A DNA stretch of 64,000 nt from an uncultured Methylomirabilota bacterium (GTDB lineage Bacteria > Methylomirabilota > Methylomirabilia > Methylomirabilales > 2-02-FULL-66-22), in NCBI GenBank assembly GCA_963845565.1, contig CAWJSJ010000001.1, positions 224,001 through 288,000 on the forward strand, written 5' to 3'. A program made the translations under genes and the position numbers. The notes below the pieces were generated by a model. It saw nothing but the letters and a program-made list of their open reading frames with translations, had not been told where the DNA came from and did no database searches. Shown piece by piece: positions 13,328-22,615 of the stretch; position 1 is the stretch's first letter; the number at the start of each line of letters is the position of its first letter.

Positions 13328-13576
13328 ATGAAAGTGGCACTCAGCGCATCCTGGGAGCTGACCACAGAGCACGCGGCATCGATCGCCGGCCAGCCGGTGC
13401 TGGTGCATCGCGGGACGGGGGAAGCCTACGCCCCCTGGGACGTGTTGCAACCGTTTCCGTCCTGGGCGTGGTCCACGGCCGCGGTGGCGGTCGCGCGGTT
13501 GGCCAAGCAAACACACCTCGACGCGGACGGCGCGGCGCTGGTGGCGCGGTTTGTCGGGCGCCTGCCGCTCGGGTAG
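13328..13576 (+). CDS. Hypothetical protein
   Basis: Purine-rich RBS; flanked by ~30-bp direct repeats. Confidence 0.5.
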   Translation: MKVALSASWELTTEHAASIAGQPVLVHRGTGEAYAPWDVLQPFPSWAWSTAAVAVARLAKQTHLDADGAALVARFVGRLPLG

Positions 13577-13671
13577 GAGGCAGGCGGCCCGCACGATGAC
13601 GGTGGGGAAGTTGGTGGAGTAGCCCGGTCGGGGACGACAAAGAGTGGGCTTGAAGTGGAGGCACAGAACCG

Positions 13672-13896
13672 GTGAGCGAGCCACCCATCTACAAAAAGCA
13701 CCGAATCCACACCACACGGTTGTTCAGCGGACCCTGGATTAGCCTGATCGTGAACATGGGAAAGAAGACCGTCCCCACCAAGGACGCCCTCACGGACACC
13801 GTGACGCGCGTACCGGGAGAATACGCGCTGGAGGATGAGGCCATCCAGGCGGCGAGAGCCTACATCGATCACGAGGTGAGGGAGGCCCCGGAGTAG
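13672..13896 (+). CDS. Hypothetical protein
   Basis: GGAGG RBS, GTG start, protein-like composition. Confidence 0.5.
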   Translation: MSEPPIYKKHRIHTTRLFSGPWISLIVNMGKKTVPTKDALTDTVTRVPGEYALEDEAIQAARAYIDHEVREAPE

Positions 13897-13963
13897 ACAA
13901 CCCCAAACGGAAGACGCCCCCGCGGATGCGTGACCGGACCGGGCGTCGAAAGGATGCGGTGCG

Positions 13964-14278
13964 ATGGCCCGACTCGCGGGGCAACCGACAAGGAACCCCT
14001 TCGTGACCCTGGTGACCATGCTGGACGATGATCAACTGACGGAGTGGCTTCGGATCCTGCCCGAGTTGGGGCCCGTCGGGAGGCAGGCGCACGCGGCAAC
14101 GAAAAAGGCGATGATCGAGACACACCGGACGTTAACCGTGCCCGAACCGACGCGGCCGGTCACGGTGGACCGCTCCACCTGTCGGCAGCGGGCGTGCTAT
14201 TGCCACGATGACGCGGTGTGGGTGCCTGGTGTCTTCGCGGGCGGCTGTTCCTTGTGTGGCTGTCGGCGGGCAGAGTAG
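13964..14278 (+). CDS. Hypothetical protein with Cys-rich C-terminus
   Basis: C…CYC…CSLCGC. Confidence 0.4.
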   Translation: MARLAGQPTRNPFVTLVTMLDDDQLTEWLRILPELGPVGRQAHAATKKAMIETHRTLTVPEPTRPVTVDRSTCRQRACYCHDDAVWVPGVFAGGCSLCGCRRAE

Positions 14279-14989
14279 GAGGCGACCATGGACCGCGTGT
14301 CTCTCCGGGCGAAGGACGTGGGTGCCGAGCCGACTCTGCGCGGGCAGACCGGGTGGGCGCATCGCCCGGCAAACGCCATGAGCGACACCTGGGGTTGTCA
14401 CGCGGACAACGCAACGCGCGTGCCGTGCAATCGGAGCCCAATAAATCTGGCCAATCAGAACCATGCACGAAGCGTCGCGACGGCCCCCCACATCGAACCC
14501 CAATGCGGGCCATGGGCGCGGGAGATGCTGAGGCCAGCCATGTCTGGACCAAATCGCCGCCCGGAACGCTCTAACCTACTCAAACAATCCCCTTGATTTC
14601 GACCTTCCAAATGCCATCGATTCCCGCTCGGAATGCGGGGGCCTACGGCAGACGCCCCTTCGCGACGAAGACCGTCCCCCGGACGTTGAATGCAAGCGCG
14701 GCTGCCACCACCGGGGCCACCACCGGGCGTATCCCCCCTGAGGTACGGCCAGCGCCACAACCCGGGCCGGCACGAAGGATCGGTGTGCGCCGGGCGCGTT
14801 GCGTAGAACGCCGGGCGCTGCCCAACGCCTGTCCGCACCTGATCCTCGAGAGGCATCGTCGCGCCCCCCTTTTCTGCGCACCGGGAGTCCCGTTCCCGAG
14901 GGGCTCGGGGGACGCAGGTGCGCCCGAAGGCACGCCGAAAGATGACGGCATTCGTAGGGCGGCCGTCTCCAGATTTCCCGGGTCGGGCG

Positions 14990-15557
14990 CTATTGGGGCG
15001 GTGGGGGGGGCGGCGGCGGGAGGGATTGCGAAGAAGCGGGCGGCCCGGGACGAGAGCCGGGCGGGGGCGGGGGCGGCGGCGGTGGTGGTGAGTCGATCCG
15101 TCGATGCTGCTGCACCGCCCCTGGAATCTGGTTCCCGTTCGCATACATGCACTGCTGATACGCGATATCGTACCGCCGCTGGGCGTCCCATCCGTAGGCG
15201 TGCCCGGCGTTGGCGCCCACCGCCGTACCGCCCAACAGGCCGCTCCCGGCCCCGATGGCCGCCCCGATGCCGGGGTTCCCAGAGGCGGCACCGATCGCCG
15301 CCCCCAGCCCGGCCCCGAGGACCGTCCCGAGGACCGCGCCGGCGGCCGTGTTTTGATTGACGGTCTCCTGGGGCGACAGGCCGATTTGCTGGCCCGCCCA
15401 CTGCCGGCAGGTCGCGTCTTCGGTCTGGAATTGCTCAAAGGGTTTCCCGGCGGCGGGCCAGTACCATCACGCTGGGGCCCGTCGGCAGGGTGGCACAACT
15501 GCTCAGCGCCAGTGCCGACAGTACGGCAAGGCCGAGGAAGCATCGCGGACGCCGCAT
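14990..15557 (-). CDS. Glycine-zipper lipoprotein (frameshifted)
   Basis: LSSC lipobox, PTGPSVMV, GAGLGAAIGAASG zipper, YDIAYQQCMYANGN, poly-Pro tail; 3' end approximate. Confidence 0.75.
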
Positions 15558-15566
15558 CGTTCCCTC

Positions 15567-16014
15567 CTACCGGTCGGGCGGATTCGGCGACGGCACCACC
15601 GTCATCCACCCGCCGGGGCAGTCTTGGACGTACGGATAGTACGCCCCCGCGTTCTGGCAGTAGTACCAGTAGGCGGCCGCGGCGGCGTGGGATCCTGCTG
15701 GATATACTCCGTGGGCGGCTGCTGGATCACCACGGACTGGCCGCTTGAGTAGTCGGGGTAGGGCACACCCCCCCACCATCCAGGGTATCCCCACCACCCC
15801 GGGCCGCCCCACCAACCAACGCCCCCCCGATGAAGACCCGCGGGCCCCCGTACCGATACGGATACGGGCCTCCCACGCGGTACGCGCCGCCGCCGTGAAC
15901 GCCACCCCCTCCCCCGCGGACTCCGCCAGCGGGGCCTGCGCCCGCCTCGGCGGAGAGGGCGGAGCCCGCCAACAGCACCCCTATCACCATGATCGCCCAG
16001 GCGATCTGTTTCAT
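15567..16014 (-). CDS. Exported Gly/Pro/Tyr-rich protein (frameshifted)
   Basis: Signal peptide MKQIAWAIMVIGVLL; C-terminal WYYCQNAGAYYPYVQDCPGGW. Confidence 0.7.
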
Positions 16015-16380
16015 GGCCAATCCTCCTCTGCCCGACCCGAGCGGTGGTTCGGGCTCCACGATTCCCTGCGGCCCGGCCAATGGCGCCAATCCCCGCGCAT
16101 CGCCGCCCCGCGTCTCGCGGGTGCAGAACCGCCCCCTTTGGGCCGTGGATCTTCGTCTCTCTTTCCTATTATACTCGGTTAGGGCTCGGAGGGTTTCAGG
16201 GTTTCTGGTGGCAGGCCGGAATCGGTCCTCGAATCCACTGGTGAGCATCAGAAGCCGGATCGGAACTCGTGGTACGGAGGGCCGTTCAACCAGTACCGTC
16301 CGGAAATTTACATTAACACCAAACACCCCTGGAGAATCCCACTCGTCCGTAACTCCTCTTGAACAACAGAGCAACGCCTG

Positions 16381-16405
16381 ACGGGTTCGATTCCCCTCCG
16401 GGTCC
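16381..16405 (+). other. tRNA T-arm/3'-end-like fragment (possible att scar)
   Basis: GGGTTCGATTCCC followed by CTCCGGGTCC; no recognisable 5' half or CCA. Confidence 0.3.
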
Positions 16406-16496
16406 GGCCCTAACCACTCGCTGAAATCAGGGATTGACTCTACGGAGACATTCTTTTCGCGCTATAATCTGACCAGATCGATTGCGGAGGGGTTGA

Positions 16497-17696
16497 ATGT
16501 CCGAAGAGATTCTGATGGAGACCGCGGTAGCGACAGTGCCGCAGTGGTATGAAAGCGAGTACGCACAAAACACGTATGAACTATCTCTGGACAAAACCGT
16601 GTTTAGGTTCTGCAGCCACAACCCGCTCACGCCTCAGCTGCACCTGCTGCATTTGTACATGCAGAACGCCCTTGGCCGCTGGCGCACGCAGATGCCCGCC
16701 ATCCCGACACCGAGATCGCTCCAGCAGGTCGAGGAGGAGGTGGCCGTCCGCTGGCTGGAAAATTTCGATGCCACGGTAAACTGGAACAAGTTCATTGCCT
16801 ACATCGAATATGTCAGGTTCAGGACATACGAGAACGATCGGGTGATGATCAACCTTGTGATCGGCGCCGGCGACGGCATGCTGCCGCTGTCGGACAAAAC
16901 CATACAGAAGATCGTCGATCCGCTGTCGTCGAGCCAGCAGGTATATTTCCGGGTGGACAGGGAGCTTCGGTTTCTTGATTATCAGGAAATCTTATGGAAG
17001 GAGATCCGCGAATCGTCCGAGTACAAGTTCATCCCGGCGTTCCTGGAGCCGTTCGCATCCATCCTGCAGGAAGGCGAATTCTCCGTGCATCTTACCCGGC
17101 ACGGTGACATCTTCATCATGGACTCGCGCGGGCTCATCACCGCCAACAGGAAGGGGCGCTGGCACGTTTACGACGCGCAGACTTTAAAAAACAGCGTGTG
17201 CGGCATCCTGGGCAACATCACCGTGGGAAACAACCTCTTCGAGCTGATGTTCAACATCAGTTACAGGCGGCACGGCGCGCTGCTCGTATACGATCCGGCC
17301 CACAAGGTTCTCGCGCAGGTGGTGAACCCGGAGTCGATCATCGGGGGCGCGTCGCCTTCCCCCGACGCGGCCCGCGCCATGCTCAGCCCGGTCATCCGCG
17401 AAATCCGGCTTGGCCGGACAGATCGCCTGATCAGCAAAAAGAACCTGTTCCTCGAAATCGCGGGGCTGGACGGCGCCGTGATTTTCGACGATGGGGAGTT
17501 GCTCGCCGTGGGCGCTATGATAAAATCACATCCGAACCTCGGCAGCTACCTTGGCGCGCGCACCATCGCCACTCAATCCGCGTATCGCTACGGCGGGATC
17601 CCCATCAAGGTTAGCGCGGACGGCGACATCCAGATACTCTTCGAGAGCAGCGACCACAATCACCGCGCAAGCGACGCCGAACTGACGTTTATGTGA
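16497..17696 (+). CDS. Protein with divergent C-terminal DisA_N/diadenylate-cyclase-like domain
   Basis: RHGALLV…LDGAVIFD…GART…IKVSADGDI; DGA retained, RHR replaced; lower GC. Confidence 0.65.
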   Translation: MSEEILMETAVATVPQWYESEYAQNTYELSLDKTVFRFCSHNPLTPQLHLLHLYMQNALGRWRTQMPAIPTPRSLQQVEEEVAVRWLENFDATVNWNKFIAYIEYVRFRTYENDRVMINLVIGAGDGMLPLSDKTIQKIVDPLSSSQQVYFRVDRELRFLDYQEILWKEIRESSEYKFIPAFLEPFASILQEGEFSVHLTRHGDIFIMDSRGLITANRKGRWHVYDAQTLKNSVCGILGNITVGNNLFELMFNISYRRHGALLVYDPAHKVLAQVVNPESIIGGASPSPDAARAMLSPVIREIRLGRTDRLISKKNLFLEIAGLDGAVIFDDGELLAVGAMIKSHPNLGSYLGARTIATQSAYRYGGIPIKVSADGDIQILFESSDHNHRASDAELTFM

Positions 17697-17991
17697 GGTG
17701 TCACAATTCCGGCCACCGGGAGGGAGGGTCGCGCCGCCATCCGACGATGGAGCGTGGACAGGGGGGGGACGCGCGGCAGCCCTGCGACCTTTCTCCACGA
17801 ACCCCTGTGGTCCGCAAACACTCCGTGCGGACTCGCCTTAGGCTACCTATGCGGTGGCCGGCGGAAGAGGCGAAGCAAAGCATTGCACAATTATGGGTCC
17901 GTCCCCCCGGCACCACGATTTTGCACAACAGTCCGGCAGGAGGCTATCAGACAATTCGCCTTCGCGCCCCCGCTGCGCGTCCGCCCCTTCC

Positions 17992-18141
17992 TCCAGAATC
18001 TCGGAGCCCCTCCGATATGTCGTGCGGTTTCCGTCGATCCCCCCATGCTAGGCTCGACTCGGCATCGGCGCGAATCCGGTAATTTGAAAGGGGCGCAGCC
18101 CCCTCTGCCCCGTGATTCCGAGGGTGGATCTGTTGTTGCAT
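17992..18141 (+). promoter_or_regulatory. Sigma54-type promoter unit B (more degenerate UAS)
   Basis: TCCAGAATCTCGGA-GCCCC-TCCGATATGTCGTG (17992-18024); TGGATCTGTTGTTGCAT (18125-18141). Confidence 0.75.
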
Positions 18142-18244
18142 CTTTCATCCCCTAGGGACGCGAAGTTCCGCCTGGGAGGTCATCGTCTGGGCTGATGGGG
18201 CGCCGCTCCCGACGCGGGGTTGCTGAACGAAGGAGGTGAGCCGA

Positions 18245-18469
18245 ATGGCGCAACGAATGGTGCTGCTGCTCTTGCTGACACTAACGGTCGGACTCGGCGG
18301 GTGCTATTGGCACGATGGGGGCCGGGAGGAATACCGGCCCGGGGGCTATCGCCAGGGGTACAACTCCCAGGGGTATCTTTACTATCCCCAGGGGTCCAAT
18401 GAGTCCGTCTGGCATTTCCGGCGGGGGGCAAACACGCCTGGATACGAGTACGACGGCGCGCATCGCTAA
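18245..18469 (+). CDS. Small Gly/Tyr-rich lipoprotein
   Basis: AGGAGGTG RBS, LGGC lipobox. Confidence 0.65.
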   Translation: MAQRMVLLLLLTLTVGLGGCYWHDGGREEYRPGGYRQGYNSQGYLYYPQGSNESVWHFRRGANTPGYEYDGAHR

Positions 18470-18565
18470 GGCGCTCCGGGACGGCTCGGGATGCGTTCCT
18501 TCGCCGTCCTCATTTCTTGCCGCGGGCCAGAACGGCGACGGATTCGGAGGAAAGGAGGAACATCG

Positions 18566-19036
18566 ATGGACGCGAAGGTTCGGCGGGACTTGATTGCGAA
18601 GTACAAGAACGGCTGCGGAGTCGTCTCGGCGGCGCTGGAAGGGATCACCGACAAGGAATTGGATGCGCGCCCCGCGCCCGGAAAATGGTCGGCCCGAGAG
18701 ATCACCCATCACTTGGCCGACAGCGAGATGATCGCGGCGATCCGGCTACGCATGCTGCTTGCCGAGGATGCGGCCACGATCCGCGCGTATGACCAGAAGC
18801 TCTACGCGGGGCGCCTCCACTACGACCGCCCCATCCAGGCCTCCCTCGCCGCGTTTCGCGCGGCCTGCGAGTCCACGGCGGAACTCCTCGAGCGAATGAC
18901 CGAGGGCGAGTGGGCCCGACAGGGCACCCACAGTGAGAGCGGGCGTTACTCCCCTGAGAAGTGGCTCGAGGTCTACGCCCAGCATGCGCACACCCACGCC
19001 GAGCAGATCCGCAAAGCCCGCGCCGCCGCCAGGTAG
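18566..19036 (+). CDS. DinB family protein
   Basis: PGKWSAREITHHLADSE and HAHTHAEQI His motifs. Confidence 0.85.
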   Translation: MDAKVRRDLIAKYKNGCGVVSAALEGITDKELDARPAPGKWSAREITHHLADSEMIAAIRLRMLLAEDAATIRAYDQKLYAGRLHYDRPIQASLAAFRAACESTAELLERMTEGEWARQGTHSESGRYSPEKWLEVYAQHAHTHAEQIRKARAAAR

Positions 19037-19168
19037 GGGGAATTCGGAAGCGAAAGAGAGAAGGGGGCCTGTGGGTCACGGACTTCGCGGTGTGAGCGGA
19101 GCCCCGAGACTTCCCGGGAGCCCTGTCAAGGGTTGGTTGACGATGATCCCTCGAGAATCTGGTGTGTT

Positions 19169-19459
19169 CTATCCCAAGATCACTTCGTAGAATTTGGGAG
19201 TAGGTTTGCCATCGAACAGGGGCTTGACCTGTTCGCCGGCTTTCTCATGAACTGCACTGCTATGCATCGAGTGGAAGGTGGCCTGATCTTCAAACTCGAC
19301 GACCGCCGCGTAGTTGCCTCCTTCTAACGGCTTCAAGAGTTTTCGGGCTCTGAAACCGCCAAAAGTTGAGAATGCTCGGTTTGACGAAGCAAACCACTCT
19401 CGGAACTCGGCATCTTTGCCGGCTTTGATCGGGGGGAAAGAAATCAGAGCGACAAACAT
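19169..19459 (-). CDS. Antibiotic biosynthesis monooxygenase (ABM) family protein
   Basis: Size and pattern IKAGKDAEF…GF…YAAVVEFED…H…YEVI. Confidence 0.75.
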   Translation of the reverse strand: MFVALISFPPIKAGKDAEFREWFASSNRAFSTFGGFRARKLLKPLEGGNYAAVVEFEDQATFHSMHSSAVHEKAGEQVKPLFDGKPTPKFYEVILG

Positions 19460-19556
19460 GATCACCTCCGTGTTGTTGCACGGGCGGGTGAGGCGCCCTG
19501 TTCACGACCATCGCGTCAGGCCGCGATTCCGCGCCCGCTTATAAGAGCCCGCTCGC

Positions 19557-20378
19557 TTACGCCTTGAAGAAGGCGAGCAGATCCGCGTTGATCTGGTCCT
19601 TCTGGGTCGCGCACAGGCCGTGCGGCGCGCCTTTGTACACCTTCAGTTGCGCGTTGTTGATCAGCTTGGCGGCCAGCAGGGCCGACGCGCCGATGGGCAC
19701 GATCTGGTCGTCGTCGCCATGTAAGATGAGCGTTGGCACATCAAACTGTTTGAGATCTTCGGTGAAATCCGTCTCGGAGAACGCCTTGATGCAGTCGATG
19801 ACGCCTTTGAACCCTGCTTGCATCCCCGCGAGCCAGAACGCATCCCGCAGGCCCTGCGAGACCTTGGCGCCGGGCCGGTTAGCGCCATAGAACGGCGTGG
19901 TGAGGTCCTTGAAGAACTGCGAACGGTCGGCGAGGACGCCGGCGCGGATCTTGTCGAACGCGTCGATCGGCAAGCCACCGGGATTGGCCGCCGTCCTCAG
20001 CATCAGCGGTGTCACCGCACCGATCAGCACGGCCTTGGCCATCCGCTTCGTGCCGTGGCGGCCGATGTAGCGTGCCACCTCGCCGCCGCCGGTGGAGTGG
20101 CCGACATGGATCGCGTTCTCTAGGTCGAGCGTTTTCACGAGCGCCGCAAGGTCGTCAGCGTACGTGTCCATGTCGTTGCCCGTCCAGGGCTGGCTCGAGC
20201 GCCCGTGGCCGCGGCGGTCATGGGCGATGCACCGGTAGCCGTGGGCGCCCAGAAACACCATCTGGTCGTCCCAGGCGTCCGCGTTCAGCGGCCAACCGTG
20301 GCTGAACACCACGGGCTGTCCCGTGCCCCAGTCTTTGTAATAAAGCTGCGTGCCGTCTTTGGTCGTGATCGTGGCCAT
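19557..20378 (-). CDS. cpo: Non-haem chloroperoxidase-type alpha/beta hydrolase
   Basis: [42 protein letters not shown]. Confidence 0.9.
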   Translation of the reverse strand: MATITTKDGTQLYYKDWGTGQPVVFSHGWPLNADAWDDQMVFLGAHGYRCIAHDRRGHGRSSQPWTGNDMDTYADDLAALVKTLDLENAIHVGHSTGGGEVARYIGRHGTKRMAKAVLIGAVTPLMLRTAANPGGLPIDAFDKIRAGVLADRSQFFKDLTTPFYGANRPGAKVSQGLRDAFWLAGMQAGFKGVIDCIKAFSETDFTEDLKQFDVPTLILHGDDDQIVPIGASALLAAKLINNAQLKVYKGAPHGLCATQKDQINADLLAFFKA

Positions 20379-20441
20379 GGACCCTCTCTTTTCGGTGCAG
20401 GCTCGCGTCCGCATCAATCCGTGGAATGCGAAGAAACCAAT

Positions 20442-20609
20442 CTACGCAGTGACTTGTCCCGCGCAGCCCGGATGGCTGCAACCGCAGCCGATGACGGTAA
20501 TGTCCATGCCCTTCGCCCCCTCGCAGGGCGCGCTGCAATACCGGCTGTCGGGGGTAGCGATACACCTGCAGATTGGGTTCGCGCATTTCCCCTGCTTCTC
20601 GTCCGCCAT
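20442..20609 (-). CDS. Bacterial metallothionein-like protein, 55 aa
   Basis: MADEKQGKCANPICRCIATPDSRYCSAPCEGAKGMDITVIGCGCSHPGCAGQVTA; 8 Cys + His; AAAGGAGG RBS; not in ORF track. Confidence 0.75.
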   Translation of the reverse strand: MADEKQGKCANPICRCIATPDSRYCSAPCEGAKGMDITVIGCGCSHPGCAGQVTA

Positions 20610-20934
20610 GTGTCTTGCCTCCTTTCCCTACCACCACTCGCCGATTTCTATCGACACCCTCGGTGAAACGAAAATCCAGCATTCGGGCTTTCTGAAACCA
20701 AATATGCAACCGTGGCGTGTGTGGATTGGTGCGGTCACGCCCCGCGTCACCTTGTCTCGACCGGACCACTGGTCGATACAGCAGCCGAACGCCGTCTTGG
20801 TGACGACCCAGACGGATCGGGATGGGCGACACAGTGCGACGAGCCATCCGGCCCCGCGGCCGGGGGATCGCGCCGGAGCCAGCGTGCGACTGTCCGGGCA
20901 GTGCCCCCCCCGGTCCCGCGGGGTCCGCGCGATG

Positions 20935-21096
20935 CTACCCGTGGGAACGCAACCCGCCGAACATGTACACGAGCACTGCCACGAGCAGCACCGTCCCGAA
21001 GATCCCCAGGCCCCCGCCGGCCCCCCAATGGGAATAGCCGTAGTAGCCGCCGCCTCCGCCGAACAACAGCACCAGCACAATAATGAGCAGTAACAT
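20935..21096 (-). CDS. DUF3309-like small membrane protein, 53 aa
   Basis: MLLLIIVLVLLFGGGGGYYGYSHWGAGGGLG…; paralogues at 33144 and 44401. Confidence 0.8.
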   Translation of the reverse strand: MLLLIIVLVLLFGGGGGYYGYSHWGAGGGLGIFGTVLLVAVLVYMFGGLRSHG

Positions 21097-21168
21097 CGAA
21101 CGGTTCCTTTCCGCGGGGGAATCCGGCGGTCCATCGTGCCGTCCCGGTATCCCGCTGTGTAGGTATCG

Positions 21169-21319
21169 GTGCATAACCGGGTCCACCGCTCGCGGCCCGC
21201 GGCTCGCCGGGGTCTCCGCCTCGCGAAAACAAATGGTTGGACGGAAGGCGGGGACGCCCGCGCCACGGCTGGGCCGACGGGAATTCCCCGAGATTTCGGA
21301 ACGCCTCCAAGATCTCGGA
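21169..21319 (-). promoter_or_regulatory. Sigma54-type promoter unit C- (leftward)
   Basis: Minus strand TCCGAGATCTTGGA-GGCGT-TCCGAAATCTCGGG (21319-21287); TGGACCCGGTTATGCAC (21185-21169). Confidence 0.8.
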
Positions 21320-21368
21320 GGGCGCGTGGCGGTCCGCGGGCCCGCCGCGCGCGGCACGGCCGCCCCCA

Positions 21369-21520
21369 TCCGACGGGTCGGAGTTGGTCCGAAATCTCGG
21401 GGGGGTCCGGTCGGTGACCCCACGGAGATGTTGCGGCGACATCTTATCCAACCAGTTGATTACACGGGGCCGGGACCGTGTCAGGCCCATCACCCCGCGG
21501 GGTGGTTCTGGTGTTGCATA
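21369..21520 (+). promoter_or_regulatory. Sigma54-type promoter unit C+ with consensus IHF site
   Basis: TCCGACGGGTCGGA-GTTGG-TCCGAAATCTCGGG; CAACCAGTTGATT (21449-21461); TGGTTCTGGTGTTGCATA (21503-21520). Confidence 0.85.
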
Positions 21521-21595
21521 TTCAGATGAACGAGAGGTGCACAGGCGCCGGGTTTCGCTTGAACACGTTGGTATCGATGTCGAAAGGAGCCAACC

Positions 21596-22150
21596 ATGGC
21601 ACGCGTAATGATGATTGCAGTGTTGGTGCTGAGTCTGGGGCTGCTCGCGGCCCCCGGGTTCGCCGCCGAGAGCACGGCGACGAAGGCTGGCACGACGGCC
21701 ACCGGCGAGGTCACGGACTCCTGGCTCACGTTCAAGACCAAGCTGGCCTTGCTGGCCGACGAGCGGGTCAGCAGTAACGACGTGAGCGTGAAGACCGTGA
21801 AGGGCGTGATCACGCTCCACGGGAAGGTGGGCAGTGCCGAGGAGCAGAAGGCCGCCGAGGAGATAGCACTGAAGATCGAGGGGCAGAAGAAGGTGGTCAA
21901 CCAATTGACGGTGGTACCGACGGCGCAGCGGAAGATGGTCGATCGCCAGGACGACCAGATCGTGACGGACGTCAAGCAGGCACTCACGAAGGAAGCGTCC
22001 CTGAAGAAGGCCACCATCGACGTCCGGGCCGAGAAGGGGATCGTCACCCTGACGGGGAAGGCGCCGTCCCTCGCGACGAGCGTCCGCGCCTCCGAGGTGG
22101 CCCGGCGGGTGTCCGGCGTGCGCGCCGTGCGGAACGAGCTGACGTTGTAG
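21596..22150 (+). CDS. Double BON domain (OsmY-like) protein
   Basis: Signal peptide; DSWLTFKTKLALL…GVITLHG…VVNQL; second BON ending GVRAVRNEL. Confidence 0.9.
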   Translation: MARVMMIAVLVLSLGLLAAPGFAAESTATKAGTTATGEVTDSWLTFKTKLALLADERVSSNDVSVKTVKGVITLHGKVGSAEEQKAAEEIALKIEGQKKVVNQLTVVPTAQRKMVDRQDDQIVTDVKQALTKEASLKKATIDVRAEKGIVTLTGKAPSLATSVRASEVARRVSGVRAVRNELTL

Positions 22151-22615
22151 CACGCAGGAACAGGCCCAGGGGGAAACCCCACGCCTAGCCCGGACAGGAG
22201 GGCTCCGAGGGTTCTGGTGTGGTGGGTCGTGCGCCGTGTAGCCCGGCCGTAACGCGGACCACCGCCCACGTGGCGCGCCATACCCCGCAGGGCAGCAGGA
22301 GAAAGACGATGATCCGTAGCGCTATGCACGTCGAAGGGCCCGCGGACCGCACGGTAGCGGCGGCGCGCCTCGCCAGGCTCGCACTCGCCAGCGCGGCACG
22401 CGCGGTACGCGCGGCCACGGGAGCCGCGATGGCTCGCCCGAGGCCGATGGGCATATCCGGGTATTGGCCGAATCCCTCGTCCACGGAGGGCGGACGACCC
22501 TGGCCGCCGGCGCCACCCCACTGGTAGGGATCCGGCACATCGCCCCGGCGGGGCCCGACGGGAGGGTACGGGGCCGCCCCAAGAGCGCAATCGTATCACC
22601 GCACCTCGAGACCTC

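Noticed and set aside
16320..16410. Intact tRNA gene
   Set aside because: Only a T-arm-like motif is present; I could not form a D arm, anticodon arm or acceptor stem.
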